64,000 bases of DNA from Tissierellia bacterium (GCA_012728595.1 JAAYEU010000034.1:3328-67327); one strand, 5' to 3'. Shown: positions 29,756 through 41,128, counted from the stretch's first letter. Notes: generated by a model not told the origin, from the letters alone. Numbers and translations are program-made.

Positions 29756-31396
29756 TTGAAAAATGAATTTATAGACGGCATTATGCTCAAAAAAGCATTT
29801 ATCGGAGCAGCGAAGTTGCTAGAAAGCAACAAGGAAGAGGTAAATGCACTAAATGTTTTCCCTGTACCCGATGGGGATACAGGCACCAATATGTCCTTGA
29901 CTATGAAATCTGCCATTAAACATATATCTAATTTAGAAAATCCTACTGTAGGGGAAGTTGCTATGGGTATTAGCAACGGATCTTTGATGGGAGCACGAGG
30001 GAATTCAGGAGTAATTTTATCCCAACTATTCAGAGGATTTGCAAATAGTTTAAAAGGCAAGGCTGAAATAAACACTATGGATTTAGCCAAGGCCTTCAAA
30101 TCAGCCTCAGAAACAGCATATAAGGCAGTAATGAAACCAACAGAAGGAACTATATTGACGGTAGCTAAAGGCTGTGCCGATTATGCTTTAGAGTTGGCAG
30201 ATAAGGAGAAAGATGTTTTAGTATTTATGGAAAAGGTCATAAATAAAGGGAATGAAGTACTTAATAAGACACCTGATATGTTGCCTGTATTAAAGCAGGC
30301 AGGAGTGGTAGATGCAGGCGGAAAAGGATTAATGGTAGTATTAACAGGGGCATATAATGCTATAACCACTAAAGGAGACATATCCTTAGATATTTATCCA
30401 ACTAAAATAGATGAACCTAAAGAAGCATTTCCAACAACTGTTACTGAGGATATAGAGTTTGGATATTGTACAGAGTTTATGATAAATACAGATATTGAGG
30501 AATACGAAGACCTAAGGCAGGAACTAACGAGATATGGAGATTCCCTAATGGTTGTAGGGGGAAATGGATTGATAAAGGTTCATATTCATACCAATAATCC
30601 AGGTCAAGTGTTAGAAAGGGCTTTAGAAATTGGGGAACTAACTGATATAAAAATAGACAATATGCGCTATCAACATAGGCATGTACTTGAGGATGCTTCC
30701 TTGGATAGTGCAAAGGATAATGAAGTAAGTGAGGAAATGAAAAAATATGGTTTTATTACCGTCTCCATTGGGGAGGGGCTAAATACCGTATTTAAGGAAT
30801 TAAATGTAGATTATATAATACCAGGTGGCCAAACTATGAATCCTAGTACGGAGGATATATTAAAGGCTATAGACGAAGTCAGGGCAGAGCATATAATAAT
30901 ACTTCCCAATAATGGAAACATAGTATTAGCTGCAGATCAAGCTAAAGAGCTAAGCGATAAAAATGTCCATGTATTTCCTACAAAAACAATTCCAGAAGGT
31001 GTAGCTGCTTTAATATCCTTTGACCCCGAACTAGATATAGAAGAGAATTTAGTTAATATGGAAGAAGCAGTAGCCCATGTAAAGACGGGGCAGGTCACTT
31101 ATGCCGTAAGAGACACTGAAATTGAGGATAAAAAGATAAAGAAGGATGATATTATAGGTTTTTCTAACGGTGAGATAGTAGCGGTGGGAGATTCTATAGA
31201 TGAGGTTGGATATGAACTTGTTAAGGGGATAGTAAACGATGACTATTCTTTAATCACAATCTTCTATGGTAATGAAATAGAGGAGGAGAAGGCTTATCAA
31301 TTTGCAGAAAGATTGGAAGAAGAATTTGAAGATTTCGATATAGAAGTAATTTTTGGAGGTCAGCCATTATATTATTATATAATATCTATAGAATAA
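29756..31396 (+). CDS. fakA: DAK2-domain protein YloV / fatty-acid kinase catalytic subunit FakA
   Basis: 546 aa. N-terminal Dak2 domain with DGDTGTNM, C-terminal DegV-like/FakA domain. asp23-fakA-recG synteny. Confidence 0.85.
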   Translation: MKNEFIDGIMLKKAFIGAAKLLESNKEEVNALNVFPVPDGDTGTNMSLTMKSAIKHISNLENPTVGEVAMGISNGSLMGARGNSGVILSQLFRGFANSLKGKAEINTMDLAKAFKSASETAYKAVMKPTEGTILTVAKGCADYALELADKEKDVLVFMEKVINKGNEVLNKTPDMLPVLKQAGVVDAGGKGLMVVLTGAYNAITTKGDISLDIYPTKIDEPKEAFPTTVTEDIEFGYCTEFMINTDIEEYEDLRQELTRYGDSLMVVGGNGLIKVHIHTNNPGQVLERALEIGELTDIKIDNMRYQHRHVLEDASLDSAKDNEVSEEMKKYGFITVSIGEGLNTVFKELNVDYIIPGGQTMNPSTEDILKAIDEVRAEHIIILPNNGNIVLAADQAKELSDKNVHVFPTKTIPEGVAALISFDPELDIEENLVNMEEAVAHVKTGQVTYAVRDTEIEDKKIKKDDIIGFSNGEIVAVGDSIDEVGYELVKGIVNDDYSLITIFYGNEIEEEKAYQFAERLEEEFEDFDIEVIFGGQPLYYYIISIE

Positions 31397-31398
31397 AT

Positions 31399-31428
31399 AA
31401 TTCCTCACCAATTGGTGAGGAATTTCAT
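31399..31428 (+). terminator. Hairpin after fakA (probable terminator, weak T-tract)
   Basis: ttcctcacc(31401-31409)-aatt-ggtgaggaa(31414-31422), followed by tttcatatt. Confidence 0.45.
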
Positions 31429-31457
31429 ATTAGCACATTAGATTAAGGAGGATAGAC

Positions 31458-33500
31458 TTGGACATTCAATATGTTAAGGGAGTTGGCCCTCAAAGAGCTA
31501 AACGCTTAAGAAAATTAAATATACATACTGTAGAAGACCTACTATATTATGTGCCTAGAGACTACGAGGATAGAAGCCAGTTTAAAACCATATCTCAATG
31601 TATAGAGGGAGAGAAGGTTGGTCTAAGGGTAAATGTTTGTGGCTACCCTGAAAGAAGAAAAGCAAGAAAAAATTTGTCCATATTAAGGGTCCAGGTAAAG
31701 GATGCCTCTGGCTATGCTTATTTAGTGTGGTTTAATCAAGATTATATGATAAATAAATTGTCTTTAAATGATGAAATAGTGGTTTATGGGAAGGTAAACA
31801 TATTTAATAATCAAATTCAAATAATGAATCCTACCATAGAGAAGGGGGATGAAGAAAAGGTTGGCCGTATCATTCCCATATATGCTTTAACGAATAGGCT
31901 TACTAATAATGAGATGATTAGAATAATGACCAATGCAATTAGGGATTATAGCTCTAATTTAAAAGAAAGGCTACCAGAATATATGATAAAGGACTTAAAT
32001 CTAATGCCTATTCAGGAAGCAATAAAGAATATTCATTTCCCAAAGAGTAGAAGCCACTATGTGAAAGCGCGTAAAAGGTTGGCTTTTGAGGAATTATTGA
32101 TTTTACAATTAGGATTATTTTTAATCAAATCTAGGCAAGAGGCTATAAATAAGGGTATACAATTTCCTCCTGTAAAAGAGGTCTATTCCTTTATAGAGGA
32201 TTTGCCCTTTAAGCTTACAAAAGCTCAAATGAAAGTTTTTAGGGAAGTGGAAAAGGATATGGAAAGCCATGTCCAAATGAATAGATTAATCCAGGGGGAT
32301 GTAGGATCAGGGAAAACCATAATGGCAGTGTTAGCAATGTTTAAAGCTTGGAAAGCCGGTTACCAATCGGTAATGATGGCACCAACGGAAATATTAGCCC
32401 AACAGCATTTTAATTCCATATCCAAATATTTTGAGGATTATGATATAAGATGTGAACTATTGGTGGGAAGCTTTACAAACAAAAAAAAGGAGGCCATATT
32501 GAAGGATTTAAAAGAAGGGAAGATCCATGTGTTGATTGGTACCCATGCTGTAATCCAGGATAAGGTTGAATTTAAAAACTTAGGCTTAGCAATAACCGAT
32601 GAGCAGCATCGTTTTGGGGTAAGGCAAAGGGCAATCCTTAGCCAAAAGGGAGAGAGCCCCGATATATTGGTAATGACTGCAACACCTATTCCAAGGACTC
32701 TAGCTCTAATACTCTATGGAGATTTGGATATTTCCATCATAGATGAATTACCACCTGGTAGGAAGGAAATAGAAACCTATGCAGTGGGCTTTAATCTAAT
32801 AGACCGGGTCCATAATTTTGTAAAAAAACAACTATTAGAGGGGAGACAAGCTTATATTGTATGTCCGTTAATAGAGGAAAGTGAAAGCTTAGATTTGGAA
32901 TCGGCAGAAGAACTATACAATACCTTAAAGGAAGAGGTTTATAAGGATTTTAAGCTTGGTTTATTACATGGTAGAATGAAACAAGAAGAGAAGGATGCAG
33001 TTATGGAAAGGTTTGCTAACAAAGAATTAGACCTTTTGGTTTCTACTACCGTAATCGAAGTAGGAATAAATGTTCCTAATGCCAATATCATGGTAATCTA
33101 CAATGCAGAAAGATTTGGTTTGGCTCAATTACACCAATTAAGGGGAAGAGTAGGTAGAGGAGAGTATCAGTCATACTGCATTCTAATAAATGGCAGCAAT
33201 AGTAAGATTGCAAGGGAAAGGATGAGAATTCTTCAATCTTCTTCTGATGGATTTTATATATCTGAGAAGGACCTGGAATTAAGAGGTCCAGGTGAGTTTT
33301 TTGGCACTAGGCAGCATGGCTTACCAGATTTAAAAATAGCAAATTTATTTACCGACATGGAAATATTAAAGCTTGCTCAAAAAAAGGCCAAAGAAATAAT
33401 AGAAAGGGATGCTTATTTATTGGAGGATTGCCATTATTATTTAAGGGAGAGTATAATCGATATATTTAAGGATAGGATTAAAGATATAATTTTTAACTAA
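31458..33500 (+). CDS. recG: ATP-dependent DNA helicase RecG
   Basis: 680 aa. Wedge domain, GDVGSGKT, DEQHRFG. TTG start 6 nt after AAGGAGG. Confidence 0.95.
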   Translation: MDIQYVKGVGPQRAKRLRKLNIHTVEDLLYYVPRDYEDRSQFKTISQCIEGEKVGLRVNVCGYPERRKARKNLSILRVQVKDASGYAYLVWFNQDYMINKLSLNDEIVVYGKVNIFNNQIQIMNPTIEKGDEEKVGRIIPIYALTNRLTNNEMIRIMTNAIRDYSSNLKERLPEYMIKDLNLMPIQEAIKNIHFPKSRSHYVKARKRLAFEELLILQLGLFLIKSRQEAINKGIQFPPVKEVYSFIEDLPFKLTKAQMKVFREVEKDMESHVQMNRLIQGDVGSGKTIMAVLAMFKAWKAGYQSVMMAPTEILAQQHFNSISKYFEDYDIRCELLVGSFTNKKKEAILKDLKEGKIHVLIGTHAVIQDKVEFKNLGLAITDEQHRFGVRQRAILSQKGESPDILVMTATPIPRTLALILYGDLDISIIDELPPGRKEIETYAVGFNLIDRVHNFVKKQLLEGRQAYIVCPLIEESESLDLESAEELYNTLKEEVYKDFKLGLLHGRMKQEEKDAVMERFANKELDLLVSTTVIEVGINVPNANIMVIYNAERFGLAQLHQLRGRVGRGEYQSYCILINGSNSKIARERMRILQSSSDGFYISEKDLELRGPGEFFGTRQHGLPDLKIANLFTDMEILKLAQKKAKEIIERDAYLLEDCHYYLRESIIDIFKDRIKDIIFN

Positions 33501-33560
33501 TACTAGGAATATGGTCATAAAATATGGTAAAATATATTAAGCAAACTACGAGGTGATTTT

Positions 33561-34115
33561 TTGAGAGTTATTGCTGGCAGTAGAAAAGGATTTCGATTAA
33601 AAGGACCAAAGAGCAAGGACATAAGACCTACAGCAGATAGAATTAAAGAATCTCTATTTAATATCTTGGGCCAGATTGAAAACGATTCTTTAGTCCTAGA
33701 TCTATTTGCTGGCACTGGCTCCATTGGTATAGAGTTTTTAAGTAGGGGAGCATACAAAAGTTATTTTGTTGACAAATCCTATGAAAGTATTAGGTGTATA
33801 AATGATAACCTAGAACATACCCAATTAAAGGAAAAGGCTATTGTATTGAAAAAAGATGCCTTTAAGGCTTTAGAGTTCTTTGCGAAACAAGCAGTTAAGT
33901 TTGATTATATTTTTGTAGATCCGCCATATGGGAAAAATATACTAGAAAAAATTCTCATGTACATGGATGAGCTCCAGCTAGTAACGGAAAAAGGCATTAT
34001 TATATTAGAACATGAAAGGGACCTTGTTCTTGAGAATAATTTTATTAATTTAATTAGGGTGGATACAAGAAACTATGGCGATAAATCCTTAAGCTTTTAT
34101 AGGACAACACTATAA
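33561..34115 (+). CDS. rsmD: 16S rRNA (guanine966-N2)-methyltransferase RsmD
   Basis: 184 aa. DLFAGTGSIGIE SAM motif and DPPY. Confidence 0.9.
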   Translation: MRVIAGSRKGFRLKGPKSKDIRPTADRIKESLFNILGQIENDSLVLDLFAGTGSIGIEFLSRGAYKSYFVDKSYESIRCINDNLEHTQLKEKAIVLKKDAFKALEFFAKQAVKFDYIFVDPPYGKNILEKILMYMDELQLVTEKGIIILEHERDLVLENNFINLIRVDTRNYGDKSLSFYRTTL

Positions 34116-34128
34116 GGAGGTAAATTAG

Positions 34129-34614
34129 ATGGTAGTTATTTATCCAGGCAGCTTTGATCCAGTAACATATGGACATTTAGATATAATCGATAGGTGTTCA
34201 AAGAAATTCTCAAAGGTTATAGTGGCAGTTTTAAATAATAAATCAAAAAAAAATCTATTTACTGTAGAAGAAAGGGTAGAACTGTTAAAAAAGACCTTAG
34301 AAGGTTACGATAATGTTGAAGTGGATACTTTTTCTGGCTTATTGGTGGATTATTTAAAGCAGAAAAACTGCAGCACTGTAGTTAGAGGATTAAGGGCTGT
34401 ATCGGATTTTGAATATGAGATGCAAATGGCTTTAGTAAATAAAAAGCTGGAAGAAGACATGGAAACCCTATTCATGGTATCTAGTGGCAAATATGCCTAC
34501 TTAAGTTCAAGCATAGTTAAAGAAGTAGCCTTATTTGGAGGAAATATATCCTGTTTTGTTCCTGAGGTAGTTGAGAAGTCGTTGCTAGAAAAAATTCATG
34601 GAGGTAAGAAGTAA
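34129..34614 (+). CDS. coaD: Phosphopantetheine adenylyltransferase
   Basis: 161 aa. [15 protein letters not shown] nucleotidyltransferase motif. Confidence 0.95.
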   Translation: MVVIYPGSFDPVTYGHLDIIDRCSKKFSKVIVAVLNNKSKKNLFTVEERVELLKKTLEGYDNVEVDTFSGLLVDYLKQKNCSTVVRGLRAVSDFEYEMQMALVNKKLEEDMETLFMVSSGKYAYLSSSIVKEVALFGGNISCFVPEVVEKSLLEKIHGGKK

Positions 34615-34615
34615 G

Positions 34616-35062
34616 ATGGAAGTGCTAAGGTTATTAGATGAGTTAGAAGATATTTTAGAAAACGCATCTACTCTACCTTTTTCCAGCAAGGTAATGGTTG
34701 ATGCAGAAGAGCTTTTTGAAATAATACGAGAAATAAGGATAAAATTACCCGATGAATTGAAACAAGCTTCATGGATAAAGGAAGAGCGACAAAGAATTCT
34801 GGCAGAGGCACAGAAAGATGCAGACACCATCTTAAGCGAAGCTGAATTAAGGTTAGAAGAACTAATAGAGGAAGATGAAATTACGAAAAAGGCAAAGGAG
34901 AGGGCTGAAGAAATTATTACAAAGGCTCAAAACAATGCTAAGAGCATTAGGCTAGGTGCTTTAGAATATGCTGATAATATACTGCTTGAAACCCAAGAAA
35001 ATCTAAAAGAGATAATCGAACTATTAAATAATAATAGGCAGGAATTAAGAGGGGACAGATAA
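34616..35062 (+). CDS. Conserved hypothetical coiled-coil protein (Glu/Lys-rich, ATP-synthase-b/DivIVA-like heptads)
   Basis: 148 aa from ATG 34616, which sits directly after the coaD stop. The ORF track starts at 34598 inside coaD. No enzymatic motif. Confidence 0.5.
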   Translation: MEVLRLLDELEDILENASTLPFSSKVMVDAEELFEIIREIRIKLPDELKQASWIKEERQRILAEAQKDADTILSEAELRLEELIEEDEITKKAKERAEEIITKAQNNAKSIRLGALEYADNILLETQENLKEIIELLNNNRQELRGDR

Positions 35063-36256
35063 TCAGCCCCTATCAAATAATGAATGTATAATTGTTACTA
35101 GCAGGGAAAGTATTAATAAACTAATAATACTAAGTATTGCAACTTTAAAGGAATTTATGAGAAAAATTGGCCAGCTAGACAGGAAAAATATTCCCGGCTT
35201 TATAACTCTGGGCAGGAAGGAAGGCTTAATTAAGTCTTTATACTTAATACTATAGAGTATAAAACCATAAAATGAGGCTAATAGGCCGTGTAAGAATTTT
35301 GAGAAAATATATACTTTGCTGTCTATGTCTGTATTGTTAATAAAGCTTAAGACTTGGCTATGTATGGAAAAACCGCTCCAACCAATGAGGAAATTTATTA
35401 TCAACACTTTATGGACTAAGGAGATATTTGCATTGGAAATGAGCCTGCATCCTGTTGTCAATTCCAATATACCTGCTATAAAGCCTTTTATAATATCTGA
35501 ATCGATATTTAATGGAATGGTGTTTATTGTAGATTCAATAAAGTGGTTAAAGAACTTAGAGGCAAATAAAAGTTCTGTTAACACAGAGTAAAATATAATG
35601 AATCCACCAATTAAAGTTATAGAATTTAAACCATTCCGTACACTATTATTTAATACTTGGCCAATAGAGAAATCCACATTAATTTTAGCTATTATATTAT
35701 TTTTGTTTTTGATTTTCTTTCTTGTAATTGTAGATGGTTCTTTATCTCGTTTGTAAAAGCTTAAGATAAAACCGATGGTGATAGCGCCTAAGTAATGGGG
35801 GTATATGATCAAAGGAGCAACAGCTGGATTATTGAGCATTCCTATAGAAACTGCTCCTAGCATGAAAAGTGGACCAGAAGTACTAGAAAAACAGATGGTC
35901 CTTTCAGCCTCTATCCTTGATAATGTGTTATTCATCCTTAAATCCGATACTATTTTTGCCCCCATTGGATAACCAGATGCAAGGCTCATGGAAAAGGGAA
36001 AAGCTGAAACCCCAGGAACGTTGAATAGAAACTTCATCAATGGTTTTAATAATTTACCTAAAAAATCAACAAAACCTATATTTCTTAAAATCTCCGAGAC
36101 TATAAAAAATGGGAGCAAAGAAGGTATTATTATATTAAACCAAGTTAATAAACCTCTATATCCACTTTCTAATGATAATCTTGGATTTCTTATTATCCCT
36201 ATTAAAGCCAACAGGGTTATGATTAGGAAAAAAAAGTTAGTGAACCTTTTATTCAT
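35063..36256 (-). CDS. ylbJ: Sporulation integral membrane protein YlbJ
   Basis: 397 aa polytopic membrane protein (nucleoside-recognition/Gate-like repeats). Convergent to coaD, as for B. subtilis ylbJ. Confidence 0.8.
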   Translation of the reverse strand: MNKRFTNFFFLIITLLALIGIIRNPRLSLESGYRGLLTWFNIIIPSLLPFFIVSEILRNIGFVDFLGKLLKPLMKFLFNVPGVSAFPFSMSLASGYPMGAKIVSDLRMNNTLSRIEAERTICFSSTSGPLFMLGAVSIGMLNNPAVAPLIIYPHYLGAITIGFILSFYKRDKEPSTITRKKIKNKNNIIAKINVDFSIGQVLNNSVRNGLNSITLIGGFIIFYSVLTELLFASKFFNHFIESTINTIPLNIDSDIIKGFIAGILELTTGCRLISNANISLVHKVLIINFLIGWSGFSIHSQVLSFINNTDIDSKVYIFSKFLHGLLASFYGFILYSIKYKDLIKPSFLPRVIKPGIFFLSSWPIFLINSFKVAILSIISLLILSLLVTIIHSLFDRG

Positions 36257-36333
36257 TGATTAACCTCCTACAGGGTCTATTTTATATTCTTATTAAACCC
36301 TATTAAAAGTATATTTTTAAAAAAGCTAGATAT

Positions 36334-36360
36334 GAAAAAATAGCAGGTTTTCCTGCTATT
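36334..36360 (-). terminator. Rho-independent terminator after tmcAL (minus strand)
   Basis: On the minus strand: atagcagg-aaaa-cctgctat followed by T6 (plus-strand 36335-36359). Confidence 0.75.
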
Positions 36361-36388
36361 ACTTGTGATGTCTATTCTTTCGTACTTG

Positions 36389-37654
36389 TTAGGGATTTTT
36401 TTTATCCACATAGATGGGTGTATAATAATCCATATTCATAAAAGGTTTATCCCCACCTAGTCCTAAAAAGAAAAGATCCGTTGCCTTTTTATCAAAGCTG
36501 ATTATCTCATCTACATAGGGTTTTGAATACTTCTTATAATCAGGGAACTTGGTTATAATTGGAAGTGCAGATTTTTCTTTAATTTGCTTTAACAATAAAA
36601 AGCCCTTTTCATTAGCTCCTAAAACCCTAACATAGGCAGGATAATGGGGATACAGTTCTTTGAACTTAGCTTTTGTTAAATCCATCATACGATGGATTAG
36701 TATCCTCTGGATTCTGGTTTTTGTATACCTTTTTGTAGAGACCCCCTGTACTAGATCGGTTATGTCATTAAATTCAAAGCTTTTGTTAATAATCCTGTTT
36801 TCTAGACCTGTTTCTACATCCATAATTTCAACTAATTCTTTTTTATTTCCAATTCTTAATAAATAATTGATAATTGGGGTATAATTATTTAGCATATTGA
36901 ATTTTTTATATTTATTGATATAATTTATTAGGTGGTCAAAAGTTTTTTTGGGGACATACTCTTTTATAGCCTCAATTTCACCATTTAAAATTTTATTTCG
37001 TATAGCAGTGGCACTGGCAATCTTGTGGTTTAATTGGTCTTCCTTATAGGAGCTCCCAATCCGCTTGACGGTTACGGGTTTGATTTTGCTATTCAGTAAA
37101 ATCAAATTTTTTAAATATTCAATGGCTAATATATTATTGGACATCTTTAATGTTTTGTCAACATCGATCTTGTATTTATCATTTAGCTTAAATTTATTAA
37201 AGTAATCTTCTAAAGCTAGACTACGGGATACGGAGAAAGAATTGCCCTTGTTTAAATATTTTTTCAATCGCTCTTTATAGTAAGTAGGTTCATCAGCTAA
37301 AATTTTTGCAATCTTCTTTAAAGGAGTTAAATCTCCTATTTCACTGCCAAAGACTATATAATCTACTATATTTAAATGATGGAGTAAGGATACACTCCCA
37401 TAGGCAAACAATTCAGCTGACTGAACTGCAAAGATGAAGGGCAGTTCTATTACTAGATCTACCCCATTATCTATGGCCATTTTAGCTTTAGTCCATTTAT
37501 CGACTAAAGAGGGCTCGCCCCTTTGGACAAAGGAGCCGGTCATAATAGCTATAGAATAATCTGAATTGGTAATTTTCTTTGCCATATTTAAATGGTATTT
37601 GTGCCCATAGTGAAAAGGGTTGTATTCGGTTATTAAACCAACAACTTTCATCAT
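36389..37654 (-). CDS. tmcAL: tRNA(Met) cytidine acetate ligase TmcAL (YlbM nucleotidyltransferase)
   Basis: 421 aa. GLITEYNPFHYGHKYHL HxGH-type motif. Confidence 0.88.
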   Translation of the reverse strand: MMKVVGLITEYNPFHYGHKYHLNMAKKITNSDYSIAIMTGSFVQRGEPSLVDKWTKAKMAIDNGVDLVIELPFIFAVQSAELFAYGSVSLLHHLNIVDYIVFGSEIGDLTPLKKIAKILADEPTYYKERLKKYLNKGNSFSVSRSLALEDYFNKFKLNDKYKIDVDKTLKMSNNILAIEYLKNLILLNSKIKPVTVKRIGSSYKEDQLNHKIASATAIRNKILNGEIEAIKEYVPKKTFDHLINYINKYKKFNMLNNYTPIINYLLRIGNKKELVEIMDVETGLENRIINKSFEFNDITDLVQGVSTKRYTKTRIQRILIHRMMDLTKAKFKELYPHYPAYVRVLGANEKGFLLLKQIKEKSALPIITKFPDYKKYSKPYVDEIISFDKKATDLFFLGLGGDKPFMNMDYYTPIYVDKKNP

Positions 37655-37774
37655 GATGCCTCCTTAGGTTTTACAATATTATAGCATAAACTTGAGGAGT
37701 ATTATATCGTTGATTTTTTAACAAATATGTAATATCATTACTTATGAGTACTATATAGAATAGGAGGATTTTGT

Positions 37775-38971
37775 ATGAACATATTAGTAATCAATTGTGG
37801 AAGTTCTTCATTAAAGTATCAGTTGATAAATATGGATGGTGAAGAATTATTAGCTAAGGGATTAGTTGAAAGAATTGGGATCGAAGGCTCGAGGGTAAAG
37901 CATACAACCATAGGTAAGGATGAAGTTATCATAGAAGAGCCTATGAAAGACCACAAGAGGGCATTAGAACTAGTTTTAAATGCCTTGGTAGACTCTAATC
38001 ACGGTGCAATAAAATCCATGGACGAAATTCAGGCTGTAGGGCATAGAGTAGTCCATGGTGGAGAGAAGTTTGCTAATTCTGTAATTATAGATGACGAAGT
38101 AATGGACGCTATTAGAGAGTGTATAGAATTAGCACCACTTCACAACCCACCAAACATCATGGGTATAGAAGCTTGTAGGGAATTGATGGAAGATACACCT
38201 ATGGTAGCAGTGTTCGATACAGCTTTCCACCAAACAATACCAGAGGATAATTACATCTATCCATTGCCCTATGAATTGTATGAGAAGTATGGTATTAGAA
38301 AATATGGATTCCATGGAACATCTCATAAATATGTATCTCAAAGGGCAGCCGAAATATTAGGAAAACCTATAGAAGAATTAAATATTGTAACATGCCATTT
38401 AGGTAATGGAGCAAGCGTTTGTGCGGTACAAGGCGGTAAATCTATAGATACTAGTATGGGCTTTACTCCATTAGAAGGATTAGCTATGGGTACTAGGTCA
38501 GGAGACGTGGACCCTGCTGTTATACCATTCATAATGGAAAAAGAAGGTTTAACCTTTGATGAAGTTAATGATTTACTAAATAAGAAATCTGGAGTACTAG
38601 GCGTATCAGGATTAAGCAGTGACTTTAGAGACTTAGAAGAAGCAGCAGCTGATGGAAATAAAAGGGCTTTATTAGCACTAAAGATATTCTGCAATAGGGT
38701 TAAGAAATATATTGGTGCTTATGCAGCTTTAATGTGTAATATTGATGTTTTAGTATTTACAGCAGGAATAGGTGAAAACTCACCAGCTGTAAGAGAGCAT
38801 ATATGCGAAGGATTAGAATGTATCAATATAAAATTGGATAAAGAGTTGAACCAAGTAAGAGGTAAAGAGGCTATATTAAATAAGGATTTAACATCGACTG
38901 CTATTTTAGTTATTCCTACTAATGAAGAACTAATGATAGCTAGGGAAACTTTAGAACTAGTTAAAAAATAA
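37775..38971 (+). CDS. ackA: Acetate kinase
   Basis: 398 aa. [22 protein letters not shown] and FHGTSHKYV motifs. Confidence 0.96.
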   Translation: MNILVINCGSSSLKYQLINMDGEELLAKGLVERIGIEGSRVKHTTIGKDEVIIEEPMKDHKRALELVLNALVDSNHGAIKSMDEIQAVGHRVVHGGEKFANSVIIDDEVMDAIRECIELAPLHNPPNIMGIEACRELMEDTPMVAVFDTAFHQTIPEDNYIYPLPYELYEKYGIRKYGFHGTSHKYVSQRAAEILGKPIEELNIVTCHLGNGASVCAVQGGKSIDTSMGFTPLEGLAMGTRSGDVDPAVIPFIMEKEGLTFDEVNDLLNKKSGVLGVSGLSSDFRDLEEAAADGNKRALLALKIFCNRVKKYIGAYAALMCNIDVLVFTAGIGENSPAVREHICEGLECINIKLDKELNQVRGKEAILNKDLTSTAILVIPTNEELMIARETLELVKK

Positions 38972-38981
38972 TATAAAAACC

Positions 38982-39010
38982 TTGACAAATGGCCACCTCC
39001 TTTATATAAT
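38982..39010 (+). promoter_or_regulatory. Consensus sigma-A promoter for yceD-rpmF
   Basis: TTGACA (38982-38987), exactly 17 nt, TATAAT (39005-39010). Confidence 0.7.
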
Positions 39011-39040
39011 TATGTTTGTTAGTTTTTAGAGGTGAATAAG

Positions 39041-39556
39041 ATGATTATTGATCTGTCAAGCTTCCATGATGAAACTGTTATAAACTTATCCATTGAAGGC
39101 CAATTAAACAAGGATGATATAAAAGTTTACGGCAGGAAGATTAAATTCTTAGAGCCCATTAAGTACTGTGGAGAAATATATAGAGTAGATGATGAAAAAA
39201 TTCTTCACTTGAATATAAGTTATCATTACCAAGAAGCTTGTGGAAGATGCTTAGATAATTTTTCAAGGAAGGATAAGACAGTTTTATCAGGAAAGCTGGT
39301 TAATAAGGAAAGTGAAGTTGAAACAGCAGATGAAGATGAAGAGGCTATTGTTTATTCCGGCGAGAAATTAGAACTGGATGAGCATATAATTAATGCCATA
39401 ATACTATCCCTACCAATGAAACCTCTTTGCCATGAAGAGTGTAAGGGATTATGTGCTAACTGTGGCATAAATCGCAATAAAAAAGATTGCCAATGCGTTA
39501 TAGAGGATATTGATCCAAGACTTGCAATACTTAAAGATCTGTTTCCAAGGGAATAA
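39041..39556 (+). CDS. yceD: YceD/YlbN (DUF177) large-subunit rRNA accumulation protein
   Basis: C-terminal Cys cluster CHEECKGLCANCG...CQC. Immediately upstream of rpmF. ATG 39041 lies 7 nt after GAGGTG. The ORF track starts at 39032. Confidence 0.85.
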   Translation: MIIDLSSFHDETVINLSIEGQLNKDDIKVYGRKIKFLEPIKYCGEIYRVDDEKILHLNISYHYQEACGRCLDNFSRKDKTVLSGKLVNKESEVETADEDEEAIVYSGEKLELDEHIINAIILSLPMKPLCHEECKGLCANCGINRNKKDCQCVIEDIDPRLAILKDLFPRE

Positions 39557-39569
39557 GGAGGTGTTTTAA

Positions 39570-39749
39570 TTGGCAGTACCAAAACGAAAGACTTCCAAAG
39601 CTAGAAGAGATAAGAGAAGGGCTTCTGCTTATAGGTTGACTAAGGCGATTATTTCAGAATGTCCTCAATGTCATGAACCTAAATTACCCCATAGGGTTTG
39701 TAGAGCTTGTGGATACTATAAGGACAGGGAAGTAATAGAAGTAGAATAA
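39570..39749 (+). CDS. rpmF: 50S ribosomal protein L32 (not in ORF track, 59 aa)
   Basis: TTG start 8 nt after AAGGAGGTG. Translation (M)[58 protein letters not shown]. Confidence 0.9.
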   Translation: MAVPKRKTSKARRDKRRASAYRLTKAIISECPQCHEPKLPHRVCRACGYYKDREVIEVE

Positions 39750-39770
39750 TATTTATTCTAATTTGCCTTT

Positions 39771-39807
39771 AAAAAGATAGTGAGGGATTATCACTATCTT
39801 TTTTTAT
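39771..39807 (+). terminator. Rho-independent terminator after rpmF
   Basis: aaaaagatagtga(39771-39783)-gggatta-tcactatcttttt(39791-39803) followed by T's. Confidence 0.8.
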
Positions 39808-39883
39808 TATTCAATATTGCATTTTTCTTGGTTCTATAATATATTTATTAATAGTTCTATTAAGTTGGATTAGGAGGTTAAAG

Positions 39884-40885
39884 ATGAAAATCATTGTAGA
39901 TGGTATGGGAGGGGATAATAGCCCAGATGCCATTGTTGAAGGATGTGTGGATGCGGTAAAGGAGTTAGGTTTAAATGTAATAATTGTTGGAGCTAGAGAA
40001 ATAATAGAGAATGAATTGTCTAAATATGATTATCCTAAAGAAAGAATAGATATTATTAATTCTACTGAAATAATCACCAATGAAGAAGAACCTGCCCTAG
40101 CAATTAGAAGAAAAAAAGATTCTTCTATGGTAGTTGGATTAAGAGCGTTAAGGGAAGGCTTAGGAGATGGCTTTGTATCTGCGGGCAGTACAGGAGCCTT
40201 ATTAGCAGGCGGTTTATTTATCGTAAAACGAATTGATGGTATAGAGAGGGCAGCTTTAGCCACCGTTTATCCTACCACAAAAGGCGTTTCCCTTTTGTTG
40301 GATTTAGGTGCCAATGTAGATTGTAAACCCGAATATTTAAAACAATTTGCAATCATGGGTTCTGTTTATAGCGAGAAGATATTGAAGGTGAAAAACCCAA
40401 GGGTGGGTCTAGCAAATATCGGTACAGAAAAAGGGAAGGGAAATCAATTAGTACGACAAGCCTACGAATTAATAGAAGATTCCAATCTAAACTTTATTGG
40501 AAATGTAGAAGCTAGAGATATTCCAGTAGGAGCAGCTGATGTAGTAGTATGCGATGGATTTGTAGGAAATGTCATATTAAAGTTAACAGAAGGGATGGCT
40601 AAGGCTTTATTTACTTCTTTAAAAGAGGAGTTTACTAAAAGTTTTCAATCCAAAATTGGAGCTTTACTACTTAAAAAACAGTTAAAAAGCTTTGTTGGTA
40701 TGTTAGATTATAGGGAATATGGAGGTGCCCCCTTATTAGGGCTAAAACAGCCGGTAGTAAAAGCTCATGGAAGTTCTGACGCCTTTGCAATTAAAAATGC
40801 AATAAGGCAAGTTAAGGAATTTATTGAGATGGATGTAATAAATATAATAGAAAAAGATATAAATACTACTAGAAATATTCAATAG
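39884..40885 (+). CDS. plsX: Phosphate acyltransferase PlsX
   Basis: 333 aa. VDGMGGDNSP start motif and full-length similarity pattern. Confidence 0.95.
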   Translation: MKIIVDGMGGDNSPDAIVEGCVDAVKELGLNVIIVGAREIIENELSKYDYPKERIDIINSTEIITNEEEPALAIRRKKDSSMVVGLRALREGLGDGFVSAGSTGALLAGGLFIVKRIDGIERAALATVYPTTKGVSLLLDLGANVDCKPEYLKQFAIMGSVYSEKILKVKNPRVGLANIGTEKGKGNQLVRQAYELIEDSNLNFIGNVEARDIPVGAADVVVCDGFVGNVILKLTEGMAKALFTSLKEEFTKSFQSKIGALLLKKQLKSFVGMLDYREYGGAPLLGLKQPVVKAHGSSDAFAIKNAIRQVKEFIEMDVINIIEKDINTTRNIQ

Positions 40886-40903
40886 TTTTCGGAGGTGTTT
40901 GTT

Positions 40904-41128
40904 ATGATATATGAAAAAATCAAGGAGATTATTTCACAACAATTCCATATAGATGAAGATGAAATTACCATGGAAACTTCCTTTAGGAATGACTTAAATG
41001 CAGATTCCTTAGATTTAGTGGAATTAATTATGGCTTTAGAGGATGAATTTGAAATAGAGGTTGAAGATGAGGTTGTAGAAGAAATAATCACCGTAGGAGA
41101 TGCTGTAGAATATATTAGTAGGCTGTAA
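40904..41128 (+). CDS. acpP: Acyl carrier protein
   Basis: 74 aa from ATG 40904 (8 nt after GGAGG). DSLD phosphopantetheine attachment motif. The ORF track starts at GTG 40895. Confidence 0.92.
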   Translation: MIYEKIKEIISQQFHIDEDEITMETSFRNDLNADSLDLVELIMALEDEFEIEVEDEVVEEIITVGDAVEYISRL